Source: an uncultured Rivularia sp. (GTDB lineage Bacteria; Cyanobacteriota; Cyanobacteriia; Cyanobacteriales; Nostocaceae). Taken from it: a DNA stretch of 64,000 nucleotides. A program made the position numbers and the translations under genes. The stretch is taken from assembly GCA_963665115.1 (NCBI GenBank), contig OY762007.1, positions 6,976,001 through 7,040,000 on the forward strand, read 5' to 3'. The notes below the pieces were generated by a model. That model saw only the letters and a list, made by a program, of their open reading frames with translations. It had not been told where the DNA came from and made no database searches. Shown here one piece after another: positions 21,501 through 34,517 of this stretch. Numbering within the stretch: position 1 is the stretch's first letter; each line of letters opens with the position of its first letter.

Positions 21501-21509
21501 GCGACAGAT

Positions 21510-21576
21510 GGTGCGTGACGCGATTTCTTAACTTATAACTCCGTAGATAATTTATCGAGCGCGTCACACACCCTAC
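21510..21576. repeat. Dispersed element GGTGCGTGACGC...GCGTCACACACCCTAC
   Basis: Near-identical ends and a shared internal AGATAATTT with the copy at 44356-44419. Confidence 0.75.
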
Positions 21577-21697
21577 AAGATTTAGCGCAGCCTTTACAAG
21601 TAACAACTAACCAAAATTAATGGGGGTGATGCATCATCACCCCCACCAAATATTTAGACAACGATTTAATAGCACCACCCCTGAATTTCGTACTTAA

Positions 21698-23314
21698 CTA
21701 CTCTGCAATGTTAACCAAACTTGCAATATTTGAATCTGCTAATGTTGGTGCGGAAATAACTTTAGAATACAAACTTGATGGTTGTTCGGATGCAATCACT
21801 GGTAGTGCTTCACGTGCGTGAACTGCTAATTTTTGTGTCTTCACATCATAAGTTTGTGTTGCCAATTTCGGATACAAGCCGATACCGATGATTGGAAGTA
21901 ATAAGGAAGCGGCAATGAAAAGTTCGCGGGGTTTTACATCGGGTACTATTTCATCCAAATGTAATTCTTCATTTTGCTTGCCGTAAAATACCTGTTTCAA
22001 CAAAGATAGTAAATAAATCGGAGTCAAAATTACGCCTACGGCACTTAGCAACACAACTACAACTTTAAAGCTGGAGCTATATACGTCGCTGCTAGACATA
22101 CCGAGGAATACCATCAATTCTCCAACAAAACCGCTCATTCCTGGTAGCGCTAAGGAAGCCATTGCACCTGCGGTATACAAAGCAAAGGTTTTAGGCATTA
22201 CTTTTGCCATACCACCCATTTTATCCATATCTAAGGTGTGGCTGCGTTCGTAAGTTACGCCGGAAAGGAAGAATAATGCCGCTGCAATCAAACCGTGGGA
22301 AATCATTTGTAACATCGCACCGCTCATACCAATTTCGGTATAGGAACCGATTCCGATTAACACGATACCCATGTGAGCAATTGAGGAGTAAGCCAAACGA
22401 CGCTTCAAGTTGGTTTGTGCAAAGGCACAGCAAGCACCGTAAATAATGTTAACTACACCCAAGATGATTAATACGGGAGCAAAAACAACGTGAGCGTTAG
22501 GTAGCATTTCCATATTGATGCGAATTAATGCATAACCACCCATCTTTAACAATACGCCAGCCAAAATCATCGAACCCGGTGCAGAAGCTTCACCGTGAGC
22601 ATCGGGCAACCAAGTATGAAGAGGGAAAATTGGCAGTTTTACGCCGAAGGCAATTAAGAAACCAGCATAAGCAAGCATTTCAAGAGTTTTGGGATATTGC
22701 TTCATTCCCAAAGCTGTCATATCGAAAGTTACGGTATCGCCAGAGAATGCCATTGCAAACGCTGCTACCAAAATAAATATAGATGCTGCTGCTGTATAAA
22801 TAATAAATTTAGTTGCCGCATAGCGACGTTTTTCACCTCCCCAGATGGAAATTAGCAGGTATACGGGAACCAACTCAATTTCCCACATCAAGAAGAACAT
22901 TAATAAATCTTGAGCGACGAACACGCCAACCTGAGCGGCGTACATCACCATCATCAAACTATAAAATAAACGTGGCTTATTTGTGACTCTCCAAGCCGCA
23001 AAAATCGCCAAAGTATTAATTAAACCTGTTAATAAAATCAAAGGCATTGACAAACCGTCAACTGCCACAGACCAATTTAAACCTAACTGAGGCACCCAAG
23101 CGTATTTTTCAACAAATTGCAATGATGCATTCTGAAAATCGTAATTTTGCCAAAAGGCACAAATCATTAATGTAAAGTCGGCGATCGCCACGCCTAAAGC
23201 AAACCAACGAACGGTTTTGCCATCTTTATCGGGAAGTACGGGAATGGCCAATGCTGCCAACGCAGGCAACAAGATTATAGAAGTCAACCAAGGAAATTCG
23301 CTCATTACTGACAA
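21698..23314 (-). CDS. ndhD: NAD(P)H-quinone oxidoreductase subunit 4 (NdhD1/D2 type)
   Basis: [58 protein letters not shown]. Confidence 0.96.
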   Translation of the reverse strand: MSVMSEFPWLTSIILLPALAALAIPVLPDKDGKTVRWFALGVAIADFTLMICAFWQNYDFQNASLQFVEKYAWVPQLGLNWSVAVDGLSMPLILLTGLINTLAIFAAWRVTNKPRLFYSLMMVMYAAQVGVFVAQDLLMFFLMWEIELVPVYLLISIWGGEKRRYAATKFIIYTAAASIFILVAAFAMAFSGDTVTFDMTALGMKQYPKTLEMLAYAGFLIAFGVKLPIFPLHTWLPDAHGEASAPGSMILAGVLLKMGGYALIRINMEMLPNAHVVFAPVLIILGVVNIIYGACCAFAQTNLKRRLAYSSIAHMGIVLIGIGSYTEIGMSGAMLQMISHGLIAAALFFLSGVTYERSHTLDMDKMGGMAKVMPKTFALYTAGAMASLALPGMSGFVGELMVFLGMSSSDVYSSSFKVVVVLLSAVGVILTPIYLLSLLKQVFYGKQNEELHLDEIVPDVKPRELFIAASLLLPIIGIGLYPKLATQTYDVKTQKLAVHAREALPVIASEQPSSLYSKVISAPTLADSNIASLVNIAE

Positions 23315-23655
23315 TCGCTTTACAATTTCTCTTAATGTTTACATTATATTAAGCAATTTATAGTTTTGTAAACAGAATTTACCCCTATAAAATCAAATTT
23401 TTAGAGTTTTTTTAGTAATAAATACTCAAAAAAATGGTATTTTATCTGCAAATCATAAATTTTTGTTAAAAAAGTAAGCAGCAAAAGCTGCTGCTACCGT
23501 TGCATTTTGTAACAAAAATTCTGTCTTATGGAGGTTCAAAATTAGTAAATATTTTAAATAGTTAACTAAAGATATTGAAATATATGGTTAAACAAAAAGT
23601 AATTCCTATAAATAAAGAAAATTAACAGGCGGACATATCATAAACTGTTCCCTAC

Positions 23656-24174
23656 TCAAATAATCCGGTTAACAATCGTCCAAACTTCTCCATCAGAACG
23701 AACGTAAGGAACGGAGATAGTTTTAAAGCCAGTAATGAACGGTTTGTAATACACTTGCCAATAAAGCGGAGTTAGATTGTCAGCACAAGTTTTGAGACTG
23801 TTGACTTCCGTTGCGAGTTCTGCTGCTAGCTGATTTATACGTTCTGCATGAGTCTTAGCTTTGGTTTTAGCTTCTTCCAATTGTTCTATTTGTTCGGAAA
23901 GACGGGTTATGTATCCCGAGCGAGGTTCTTTTATGATTGTTTCTTTTTGTGCTAATTGAAATTCTAAAGCTGCGATCGCTTCATCTATACCTTTAAGCTC
24001 GGCAAACAGTTGAGGATTTTCTCTTGCTTGACGACGGTAAGCTTCTGCTATTGCTTGAGGTGAATCATCATCATCTTCAGAAGGCGTAATATTTACGGCA
24101 AGAGAAGCACCTTCTCGGCGCAGTTGATTTATTTGAGAGCGAATCACCGCAATTTCTGCCTTAATATCCTGCAT
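23656..24174 (-). CDS. Hypothetical coiled-coil protein
   Basis: 172-aa ORF 9 bp downstream of thrB; helical, with a YWQVYYKPFITGF tail. Confidence 0.7.
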   Translation of the reverse strand: MQDIKAEIAVIRSQINQLRREGASLAVNITPSEDDDDSPQAIAEAYRRQARENPQLFAELKGIDEAIAALEFQLAQKETIIKEPRSGYITRLSEQIEQLEEAKTKAKTHAERINQLAAELATEVNSLKTCADNLTPLYWQVYYKPFITGFKTISVPYVRSDGEVWTIVNRII

Positions 24175-24183
24175 AATTGCTTT

Positions 24184-25119
24184 CTATCCTTGAACGACGC
24201 TTCTTGCTCCTTGACGATCAATTTGGAGCGTTTGCACTTGTACTTTAATTCCTTCTTTTTGCCATTCAGAAGCCATAGCTGCTGCTACAGTCTTAGAATT
24301 AGCGGTATTAGTTAATGCAAGTAATGTTGGGCCAGCACCGCTGATAACCATACCATAAGCACCTGCTGATAAAGTTTTGCTAAAAATTTCATCGTAATTT
24401 TTTATCAGGCTTTTTCTGTAGGGCTGATGTAATTTATCTTGCAAAGCAGCCCGCAACCAATTTTGATTACCAGTTTCCAATCCTCGCAATAGCAACCCCA
24501 GGTGTGCTGTATTGAAAATCGCATCTCCACGACTTACTTGAGTTGGTAATACTTGCCGCGCTTCGCTGGTTGAAAGTTCAAAATCTGGAATTGCTACTAC
24601 TGGTACGACATCTTTACACCAGGGAATATCGCAAATTTCCCATCCTGTATCGCTTGTCGCAGCTAAACGACATCCACCTAAAAGCGCTGGTACCACATTA
24701 TCGGGATGTCCTTCCATCGTTATGGCTAATTCCATTATCTGCGCTGGAGTTAAAACTTCACCTGCCAATACATTCGCGCCGATTAATCCACCAACAATAG
24801 CTGTCGCAGAGCTACCTAAACCTCGCGCTAATGGAACTCCTAATTTAATTTCAATTTTGACTGGAGGTGGTGTTTGTTCTATGTGTTGAAATAATTTTGC
24901 AAATGCTTGATATACAAGATTGCTTTCATCTGTAGTTACTTTTGCTGCTTCGCTTCCGGTAACTGTAATAATTAACTTTTTATCTTGATTTATTTGTTCC
25001 CGAGTAAACTTCAATTCGTTATAAAGCGTTAAAGCTGCACCAATACAGTCAAACCCAGGGCCTAAATTCGCAGTTGTGGCAGGAACAGTTACGCAGACGG
25101 AGGAGACAACAGACATCAA
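24184..25119 (-). CDS. thrB: Homoserine kinase
   Basis: VPATTANLGPGFD, PLARGLGSSA, EGHPDN, ISGAGPT. Confidence 0.98.
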   Translation of the reverse strand: MMSVVSSVCVTVPATTANLGPGFDCIGAALTLYNELKFTREQINQDKKLIITVTGSEAAKVTTDESNLVYQAFAKLFQHIEQTPPPVKIEIKLGVPLARGLGSSATAIVGGLIGANVLAGEVLTPAQIMELAITMEGHPDNVVPALLGGCRLAATSDTGWEICDIPWCKDVVPVVAIPDFELSTSEARQVLPTQVSRGDAIFNTAHLGLLLRGLETGNQNWLRAALQDKLHQPYRKSLIKNYDEIFSKTLSAGAYGMVISGAGPTLLALTNTANSKTVAAAMASEWQKEGIKVQVQTLQIDRQGARSVVQG

Positions 25120-25460
25120 AATAAATAATTTTAATTTAATAAAAAATCTTCAGCATTTAATTACTCAGCATCTCATATAAATCAGTGCTTGCACAAAAAA
25201 CAAGTTTTTTTAAAAATAGGAAACACAATTTCCCATTACTTCAATTTAAATCGAAATCAAAAAACCCGGCTTCTCAAATAAGCTGGGTTTTAATAAAATA
25301 TTGAATTGCAGACAACTGAAGTTTTCGTTAAAAGATGTTAAGTTTAATTTGGAGATAAGCAAAGCAAAAGGGACTGGGTAAGTCCCAATCCCGAGAAAGC
25401 GGGTTAACCGCTATTTAACTTAGTTAACCCGTGCAGCTTTGGGAACGCGCAGAAAAATTT

Positions 25461-25811
25461 CTATTGCAATACCAACTTAACGTTAGCATTTTGCAAACCG
25501 CGCTGCTTGACTTCGGTCAAAGTCTTATTAACAGCATACTTCTGGTTGATGGAATTGATTAACTCGGTCTGGTTGTGCTTCTTAGCAACACCCCAAAGAT
25601 CCGCAATTAAATCAAAGGAACCATCGCTGTTGCGAGACCAACCTAAATCATATTCGCCTTCCAAAACTGCAACGATGTCGGCACGAACGCGCTGACCGTT
25701 ATAACCACGAACATCAGCTTCAGACTTAACGGTGATACCTAAGTCGCTCAAAGAAGACTTAAGAATTTCAGAATCAGTAATTTTTGTACGTAGAGTGCTA
25801 AAGTGAGACAT
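25461..25811 (-). CDS. ycf35: DUF1257 / Ycf35 family protein
   Basis: MSHFSTLRTKITD...VRGYNGQ...DLIADLW...INQKYA. Confidence 0.85.
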   Translation of the reverse strand: MSHFSTLRTKITDSEILKSSLSDLGITVKSEADVRGYNGQRVRADIVAVLEGEYDLGWSRNSDGSFDLIADLWGVAKKHNQTELINSINQKYAVNKTLTEVKQRGLQNANVKLVLQ

Positions 25812-25947
25812 TTGGGTTTCCTCCAAAAAGAAGATTGAGATTAAGACAACGGTTTTTTGGCTAAGCCGCGTTTAAATTACGCGGTTTTTTTATTTGCTAG
25901 CTTTGGGTTCGCTAGCCTTTGCTCCTGCGTTAACAGGAGAAAGCTTT

Positions 25948-27459
25948 TTAAAACTCCATTCGCTGATATTCAGCTACGGAGGCTGCTGCTGGACGCGCTC
26001 GCTGTCTCGCCCAGTCTCGAAGCGCAGTGACTTGTTCTTGCATCGTTCGAGACAGCGGTAAAGTCGCTTTAAGTGCAGCAATAATATCTAGCTGGGTGAA
26101 CTCACGATTTTGGGCAAAAGCTTCGTACATTGCCGCTACTATCGCTTGTTCAATTTCTGCCCCAGAAAAGCCATCGGACATCTTGGATAACTGTTCCAAA
26201 TCGAATCTGGTGATGTCTTTACGGCGCTTATTTAAGTGGATTGTAAAAATATCTTGCCTTTCCTGAGATGTAGGCAAATCCACAAAGAAAATTTCGTCAA
26301 ATCGACCTTTTCTTAAAAACTCTCCTGGCAAGCGTTCAACCCGGTTGGCTGTCGCCATCACGAACACGGGTGATTTTTTCTCTTGCATCCAAGTTAAGAA
26401 AGATCCAAATATTCGGCTGGAGGTTCCTCCATCAGAGTCGCCAGAACCAGAGCTACCAGCAAAGGATTTATCTAATTCATCAATAAATAATATTGCTGGA
26501 GAAATAGATTCCGCTGTTTTGAGGGCATTACGCAGATTGGCTTCACTTCGTCCTACCATTGAGCCATCGTAGACTCGCCCCATATCCAAGCGTAAAATTG
26601 GTAATCCCCATAGTTTTGAAGTGGTTTTTGCGATTAAAGACTTTCCACAGCCCGGAACCCCTAGAATTAACATTCCTTTTGGTTGCGGTAAACCATATTC
26701 TCTCGCTTTCTCAGTGAAAGCATCCGAACGCTGGGTTAGCCAATTTTTTAATTCTTCCAAACCACCAACAGCTTCAAGCGTTTCATCCTCTTCAATGTAT
26801 TCTAATATTCCATTGCGTCGGATTAGCTGTTTCTTTTCAGATAAAACTATATCTACTTCTTTTTCCGTTAGCTGTTTCTTAGTTACCTGAGCTTTACGAT
26901 ATACTTTCTCCGCCTCATCTCTGGTTAGTCCTAAAGCCGCTCTTAATAACTTTTCCCTTGCTTCGGTTGTTAATTTCTTCGCATTTTGTAGACCCAAATG
27001 ACCATCCAGAACTTTATTCAGGTCAGACATATTTGGCAACGGGAAGTCAAGTACCACAACTTCTTTCTCCAACTCGATGGGAACCTGCTGCACTGGTGAC
27101 ATCAAAATTATATTTTTCTGAGTACCTTTAAAGCTGGCGATCGCATCTCGTAAAGACCTAGTTGTTGCAGGTGCATCAATAAACGGATGTAAATCTTTTA
27201 GAACAAATATACCAGGTTCTTTCTGGCGGATAATCCACTCAATCGCCGCTTCCGGAGAAACAGTATTATGTTGAGTTACGCTCCTACCTTGACCATACTC
27301 CACGATACCGTGGGTTACAGTCCATACATACAATCGACGCTGTGGCTTTGAAGATTGCGCGATCGAATAAATTGCTTGCTCGGCCCGCTCTTCCTCGGAG
27401 GTAACAAGGTAGATTAAGGGATATTGAGCCTGAATTAGTATACTGAGCTCTTCTTTCAT
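25948..27459 (-). CDS. ycf46: Ycf46-family AAA+ ATPase
   Basis: YPLIYLVTSEEERAE, Walker A GVPGCGKS, Walker B LFIDE, LRKGRFDE. Confidence 0.9.
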   Translation of the reverse strand: MKEELSILIQAQYPLIYLVTSEEERAEQAIYSIAQSSKPQRRLYVWTVTHGIVEYGQGRSVTQHNTVSPEAAIEWIIRQKEPGIFVLKDLHPFIDAPATTRSLRDAIASFKGTQKNIILMSPVQQVPIELEKEVVVLDFPLPNMSDLNKVLDGHLGLQNAKKLTTEAREKLLRAALGLTRDEAEKVYRKAQVTKKQLTEKEVDIVLSEKKQLIRRNGILEYIEEDETLEAVGGLEELKNWLTQRSDAFTEKAREYGLPQPKGMLILGVPGCGKSLIAKTTSKLWGLPILRLDMGRVYDGSMVGRSEANLRNALKTAESISPAILFIDELDKSFAGSSGSGDSDGGTSSRIFGSFLTWMQEKKSPVFVMATANRVERLPGEFLRKGRFDEIFFVDLPTSQERQDIFTIHLNKRRKDITRFDLEQLSKMSDGFSGAEIEQAIVAAMYEAFAQNREFTQLDIIAALKATLPLSRTMQEQVTALRDWARQRARPAAASVAEYQRMEF

Positions 27460-27573
27460 ATATCAACCTACTTGAAACCTAAAGACACTACAGACATCGT
27501 TCATCATTTCAAATTTTAGTCAAATTTTGGCAAAGATAGAATTATGAATTAACTATCCATAATTCGAGCGATA

Positions 27574-27918
27574 TTAACAAGGAACCAACTCTTCGGAGCC
27601 TTCTTGATTAACTTCGCAATCTTGCTCTATCTCGTTGACAGAAACATCCTTACCAATTATTCCTGGCTGATTGCCTAAAGCAACCAATTCCCCTTCACGC
27701 AAGACTAGTGAACTTTCGCAGTTGGGACATTTTGAAACTCTGTGAGTTCTTCCGTAAGAACCTTCGACTTCATCTACCAATTCTGAATTCGCTAGATAAA
27801 ATACGAGGGCACGCTCGGCAAGCTCTGACATTGGTTCGCTCTCAACTGCTGAACGTATTTTTAAACTTTTGTGCAGTTCTGGGGATAGATACAAAGTAAC
27901 TTTTTGCTTAGCTTGCAT
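27574..27918 (-). CDS. RHH-like / CxxC small protein, first gene of the ycf46-ycf35 operon
   Basis: KQKVTLYLSPELHKSLKIRSAVESEPMSELAERAL and CPNC. Confidence 0.75.
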   Translation of the reverse strand: MQAKQKVTLYLSPELHKSLKIRSAVESEPMSELAERALVFYLANSELVDEVEGSYGRTHRVSKCPNCESSLVLREGELVALGNQPGIIGKDVSVNEIEQDCEVNQEGSEELVPC

Positions 27919-28240
27919 ATAACTATGAATGCGTTCTTACCCGGGTATGTATCTTACGATATCTACTCTCCCATTAGTTGTCAAGACTGCAAAGCGTTTT
28001 GACGCTATTTTTGTAACACTTCTTTACAATGCCATAAAATTAAAGACTAAAACTGGAATGAAGTAGGAGTATGAAAACCAATAATAGAAGGCTTTTAGGT
28101 CGTAAATAGCAGCGTGACGACAAAAAGTTAAAAATAATTTACTTTTTGATGAGAGTATATTTTTCAGGCTTATTTGCCAAAAAACTTCGAGATAGTATCG
28201 CCATGATGGTTGAGAGGGGACACAAACCTGATAGATTTAG

Positions 28241-29422
<1,182 letters not shown>

Positions 29423-29633
29423 CAGTAATGGATTTTTAGTAGTTAGTTGTTTAGTTGTGAAGCAATAGTACTAATTGCTAGCTGCTAAAAATTTCCTTGA
29501 GCTTTGGGCGACGAAGATATTCAGCTTTCTAAAAAAATATGATTGCCTCCGCAATATCCCTTGGCAACAATCTATATTTTTATCAATGATGTCAAATGCA
29601 ATTGTCCTGCTACCTTGTATTGAATAGTTTTGT

Positions 29634-30767
29634 ATGAGAATTGCCTTATTTACCGAAACATTTTTACCTAAAGTTGACGGAATTGTAACGCGCCTTCGTC
29701 ATACTGTCGAACATTTGCAGCGTAACGGCGATCGAGTATTAATAATTTGTCCTGATGGTGGAATAACGGAATACAAGGGAGCTAAGATTTATGGAATTTC
29801 TGGCTTCCCTCTACCCATGTATCCGGAGTTAACATTAGCATTACCTCGTCCGGCTATTGGTGAAGTATTAGAAAAATTTAACCCAGATGTTATTCACGTA
29901 GTTAATCCAGCAGTTTTAGGCTTAGCTGGGATTATTCATAGTAAAATACATAACATTCCTTTAGTAGCCTCCTATCATACTCACTTGCCGCAATATCTGC
30001 AACATTACGGTTTGGGAATGTTAGAAGGATTGCTTTGGGAGTTACTTAAAGCAGGCCACAATCAAGCTGCTTTAAATTTATGTACTTCAACGGCAATGGT
30101 AAAAGAGTTAACTGCTCGCGGCATCGAACGTGTAGATTTGTGGCAGCGAGGAGTTGATACAGAATTATTTCATCCAAGTCTTGCCAGCGAGCAGATGCGT
30201 CAAAAATTGTCGCAAAATAATTCAGAAGCTCCTTTACTACTTTATGTAGGGCGCTTATCTGCTGAGAAAGAAATTGAGCGGATTAAGCCGATTTTAGAAG
30301 GTATTCCCGAAGCTAGATTGGCTTTGGTAGGGGATGGCCCCCATCGCGAAGCCTTAGAAAAACACTTTGAAGGGACTAATACTTATTTTGTCGGATATCT
30401 TACCGGGACGGATTTAGCTTCAGCTTTTGCTAGCGCTGACGCTTTTGTGTTTCCTTCTCGTACAGAAACCTTGGGATTAGTGCTATTAGAAGCAATGGCT
30501 GCTGGATGTCCGGTTGTGGCAGCACGTTCCGGAGGCATTCCAGATATAGTCACCGATGGAGTCAACGGATATCTTTTTGAGCCAAAATCTGATGATGCTG
30601 GTGCGATCGCCGCGACAATGCGTCTTTTAGAACAAAAAGAAGAGCGAGAAGTTATTCGTCAAAATGCTCGTCAAGAAGCTGAACGTTGGGGATGGAGTGC
30701 TGCTACTCGTCAGCTACAAGATTTTTATGAAGGAGTTGTTGATTCTCAAATACCGAAAGCGGCTTAA
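29634..30767 (+). CDS. sqdX: Sulfoquinovosyltransferase (GT4)
   Basis: MRIALFTETFLPKVDGIVTRL, PSRTETLGLVLLEAMA; adjacent to sqdB. Confidence 0.92.
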   Translation: MRIALFTETFLPKVDGIVTRLRHTVEHLQRNGDRVLIICPDGGITEYKGAKIYGISGFPLPMYPELTLALPRPAIGEVLEKFNPDVIHVVNPAVLGLAGIIHSKIHNIPLVASYHTHLPQYLQHYGLGMLEGLLWELLKAGHNQAALNLCTSTAMVKELTARGIERVDLWQRGVDTELFHPSLASEQMRQKLSQNNSEAPLLLYVGRLSAEKEIERIKPILEGIPEARLALVGDGPHREALEKHFEGTNTYFVGYLTGTDLASAFASADAFVFPSRTETLGLVLLEAMAAGCPVVAARSGGIPDIVTDGVNGYLFEPKSDDAGAIAATMRLLEQKEEREVIRQNARQEAERWGWSAATRQLQDFYEGVVDSQIPKAA

Positions 30768-31170
30768 TTAATTTTTAATCAAGTAGGGGCGCTGGCAGAA
30801 AACCCGTTCCTACCTATGCAGCTATATTTTTCTCAAAATCATTTTCAACAAGTAAATAATTATGATAATTATAAAATCTCAATCCTAAGTATTGAAAATA
30901 TTTAAATCTTTAACTCTTATAATTTTGCGATAAGCGCGTTTGTTAACAGCACTAATAAATAAAAAGACGTTTGTAGTTGCATTTATAAAATACTCATAAT
31001 ATCTGCTTTTTCATCCAAAAATAGATCGATTAGATTCGTTTAAATAAATAACCAACCAAGCATCTGCATTTATATATAGTTATAAATTGTAAAAATTAGA
31101 TTATGATTCTGGTGTAAGTATAAAATTGTACCCAGAATCTAACCTCTATTATCTTGAATTTATAATTCCC

Positions 31171-33736
31171 ATGACACTCTTAAATCCAGGTAGCGTACTA
31201 GCTACGTTAACTGAACTGACTCAAGTTAATCGTACCCACGCTCTATTACGGCGTGTCAAAGACCTCTCTGTTAATGAATTTGTTTGCTTGTTGGATTTTA
31301 TCACTGCTGAGTTCCAACAGTTTATTAGAGCAATAGAACTGATAAACAATGAAGCTCTAGAAACAATGTTGGAGAAAGTACTTGAGGCAATTACGCTCAA
31401 AATCGGTCAAATTCTTCAAGCAGAACATACTACTATTTTTCTAGTTGACCATGATAAAGGTCAGTTATGGTCAAAAGTGCCGCAGAATAATGTTAATAAG
31501 GCATTAGAAATTCGTACTCCCGTTTCGGTTGGAATTCCCGGTCATGTTGCAAGTACCGGACAATATTTAAATATCGCTGAAACAACAACTCATCCTTTGT
31601 TTAGCCCGGAATTAGAAAAGCAATTAGGATATAAAATTGACAATCTTTTATGTATGCCAGTTGTAAGCAGCAAAAATGAAATTGTTGCTGTTGTACAACT
31701 CGCAAATAAAGCAGGGGACATTCCTTTCGATAGTGAAGATGAAACCTGTTTTCGGGAATTTGCCGCAAGTATTGGGATTATTCTTGAAAGCTGTCAGTCT
31801 TTTTATGTCGCAGCACGCAATCAAAGGGGTGCAACAGCTCTTTTACGAGCTACTCAAACACTCGGGCAAAGTTTGGACTTAGAAGTAACTTTGCAAATAG
31901 TTATGGAACAAGCCCGAATTTTGATGCAAGCAGATAGAAGTACGCTATTTTTGTATCGTAAAGAAATGAGCGAACTGTGGACTAAAGTAGCGGCTGCTGA
32001 TGGTGAAACAATGATGGAAATTAGCATTCCTGGCAATCGTGGAATTGTTGGTTATGTTGCATCCACAGGGGAAGCTTTAAATATTTCCGATGCTTACAAA
32101 GATCCTCGTTTCGATCCCACAACAGATAGAAAGACGGGTTATTTTACCCGGAATATTTTATGTTTGCCGGTTTTTAATTCAGCTAATGAATTAATCGGCG
32201 TTACGCAGTTAATTAATAAGCAAAAAGGAAGTTTTACGTCATCAGATGAAGAATTTATGCGGGCTTTTAACATACAAGCAGGAATTGCTTTAGAAAATGC
32301 CCGTTTATTTGAAAGTGTATTATTGGAAAAACAATATCAAAAAGATATTCTACAGAGTTTATCAGATGCTGTAATCTCTACAGATATGGAAGGTCGAATA
32401 GTCACCATTAACGATGCAGCATTAGAACTTTTAGGTTGTCCGCTGAGTGGAGATGCAAGTACCAGAGACAACAAAATTCTTTGGGAAAAAAACTTAATTA
32501 GTCGGTCATTATGGGAAGTTGTACCAATTGAAAACTTACAGTTTCGATTAGAAGATAGTTTGAAAACTGGGGCAAGACATTACGTCCCCGAACAAAGTTT
32601 GATGGTAGGACTGTATTATATGCCAGGGGAATCGGAAGAATCGGAAGAATATATACTGGCATTACCAAGTTTGACTAATCCAGAACTTTTTATTCCTTGG
32701 AATCAAACCTTGACTCCCCAATCTCAGTTCGTACATTCTTCTCAAGTCGAACCAATCGAAAGAAGTACTAATCTTACCGTTAATCCCTTAACTAATCCAG
32801 AAGGTGGCGTGCGTGGTGGGACTGGTGGTACTAGAAGACATTAGTCAAGAAAAGCGCCTTAAAACTACTATGTACCGTTATTTAACTCCTCACGTAGCCG
32901 AGCAGGTTATGGCGTTAGGAGAAGACGGGTTGATGGTAGGAGAACGCAAAGACGTTACCATCTTATTTTCTGATATTCGAGGCTACACAACACTTACGGA
33001 AAACCTTGGGGCAGCTGAAGTAGTATCGCTGCTGAATCAATATTTTGAAACGATGGTGGAATCCGTTTTTAACTACGAAGGTACTTTAGATAAGTTTATT
33101 GGCGATGCTTTGATGGCAGTATTCGGTGCGCCCTTACCTTTAACGGAAAATCATGCTTGGCGAGCAGTACAGGCTGCGTTAGATATGCGACATCGGCTCA
33201 AGGAATTTAACGAACGGCGAATTGTTCAAGAACAGCCACAAATCAAAATTGGTGTTGGCATTAGTTCCGGCGAAGTAGTTTCGGGAAACATCGGTTCCCG
33301 CAAGCGAATGGACTACACCGTAATTGGAGATGGAGTGAATCTAAGCTCGCGTTTGGAAGGGACTACCAAACAGTATGGTTGCGATATTGTGCTAAGTGAA
33401 TTTACGTATCAGCTATGTAGCGACCGCATTATTGCCCGCGAACTCGACAAGATTCGAGTTAAAGGTAAACATCAAGCAGTAAAAATCTACGAATTGATTG
33501 GCGATCGCACTACTTGTTTGGATGCGAATACTCAAGAATTCTTATCCCATTATCATGCAGGACGTGCTGCTTACTCATCCCGCAATTTTCCCCAAGCGTT
33601 GATTTGTTTTGAAGCTGCAAAAAAAATTCGGGCTACAGATATAGCCGTTAATATTCACATCGCGCGCTGTAACAAATATTTAAGACAGCCTCCCGAGGAA
33701 TCTTGGAGTGGAGTTTGGACAATGGTTGATAAGTGA
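31171..33736 (+). CDS. cyaB: GAF-GAF-PAS class III adenylate cyclase (CyaB1-like), split by a +1 frameshift at about 32818-32820
   Basis: Two GAF domains with NKxxxF motifs and a PAS domain. Removing one G restores GGVRGGLVVLEDIS, then FSDIRGYT, DKFIGDA, TVIGDGVNLSSRLE. Confidence 0.88.
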
Positions 33737-33844
33737 TCGGTTAACAGTTAACAGTTATCAATTATGGCTTATTAATTACACTTAGTTCAAGTGTTTGAGT
33801 AATTCTGGAATTTGTCTAAAGTTAGAATTTCGTTTTGATTAATT

Positions 33845-34099
33845 TTAAGTGTTCCCTGTATCTTCCTCTGAGGAGTCTTGACCGATATGAAGTTGTTTTT
33901 TTGATTGCTTTAGTTCTTTCCATAAAGCTTTTATTTGCTCGTAAGCATCTACAGGAGGTACTTTCCCTGAAGTTTCTAAGTTACAGATTAAACTTACCCT
34001 TTGAGCAAATTCTTGTAAATTAGCATTAAATACTAAGTTTTCTGGCTTTACTTGACCGTAATAACGACTGCGAGGGTAAAGAAAATCTTCTTTATCCAT
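33845..34099 (-). CDS. Conserved small cyanobacterial hypothetical protein
   Basis: FLYPRSRYYGQVKPENLVFNANLQEFAQRV...AYEQIKALWKELK. Confidence 0.75.
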   Translation of the reverse strand: MDKEDFLYPRSRYYGQVKPENLVFNANLQEFAQRVSLICNLETSGKVPPVDAYEQIKALWKELKQSKKQLHIGQDSSEEDTGNT

Positions 34100-34212
34100 T
34101 TTTTTTCGTCTCCAGATATTAAAACTGTTCCTCTCAAGTTTAAATCAAAGACCGCAAGTTAACCCGATCTCAGCTTTGCTTTTACTTATATAATTTACGC
34201 GAAAAACGAATA

Positions 34213-34312
34213 TAGGACTTACGCACTAAAATATTTAAAATTGCTATAATTCCCCATTCCCTTTTCCCTATAGCCCAAAACCTTGATGTTTGGTTTCACT
34301 GCGTAAGTCCTA
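34213..34312. mobile_element. 100-bp MITE-like element with 13-bp terminal inverted repeats
   Basis: TAGGACTTACGCA (34213-34225) ... TGCGTAAGTCCTA (34300-34312); a degenerate relative lies near 48440-48530. Confidence 0.75.
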
Positions 34313-34517
34313 AGATAATGTCCGCTGTTCGGCTCTTACTACGAAAAATAATTTGGGTGAAGATACATTGAGGCGAGTATCAAAAAATCATAAATATAGC
34401 CTCAGTATTATTTCGTTAATATCACTAATGCTTATTAATGAATAAGTAAAGATAAAATGGTTAAGCCATATTCTTGGCATCAGTTCCCTTTCGCACTAAA
34501 TAATCAATCTTTTTGCC

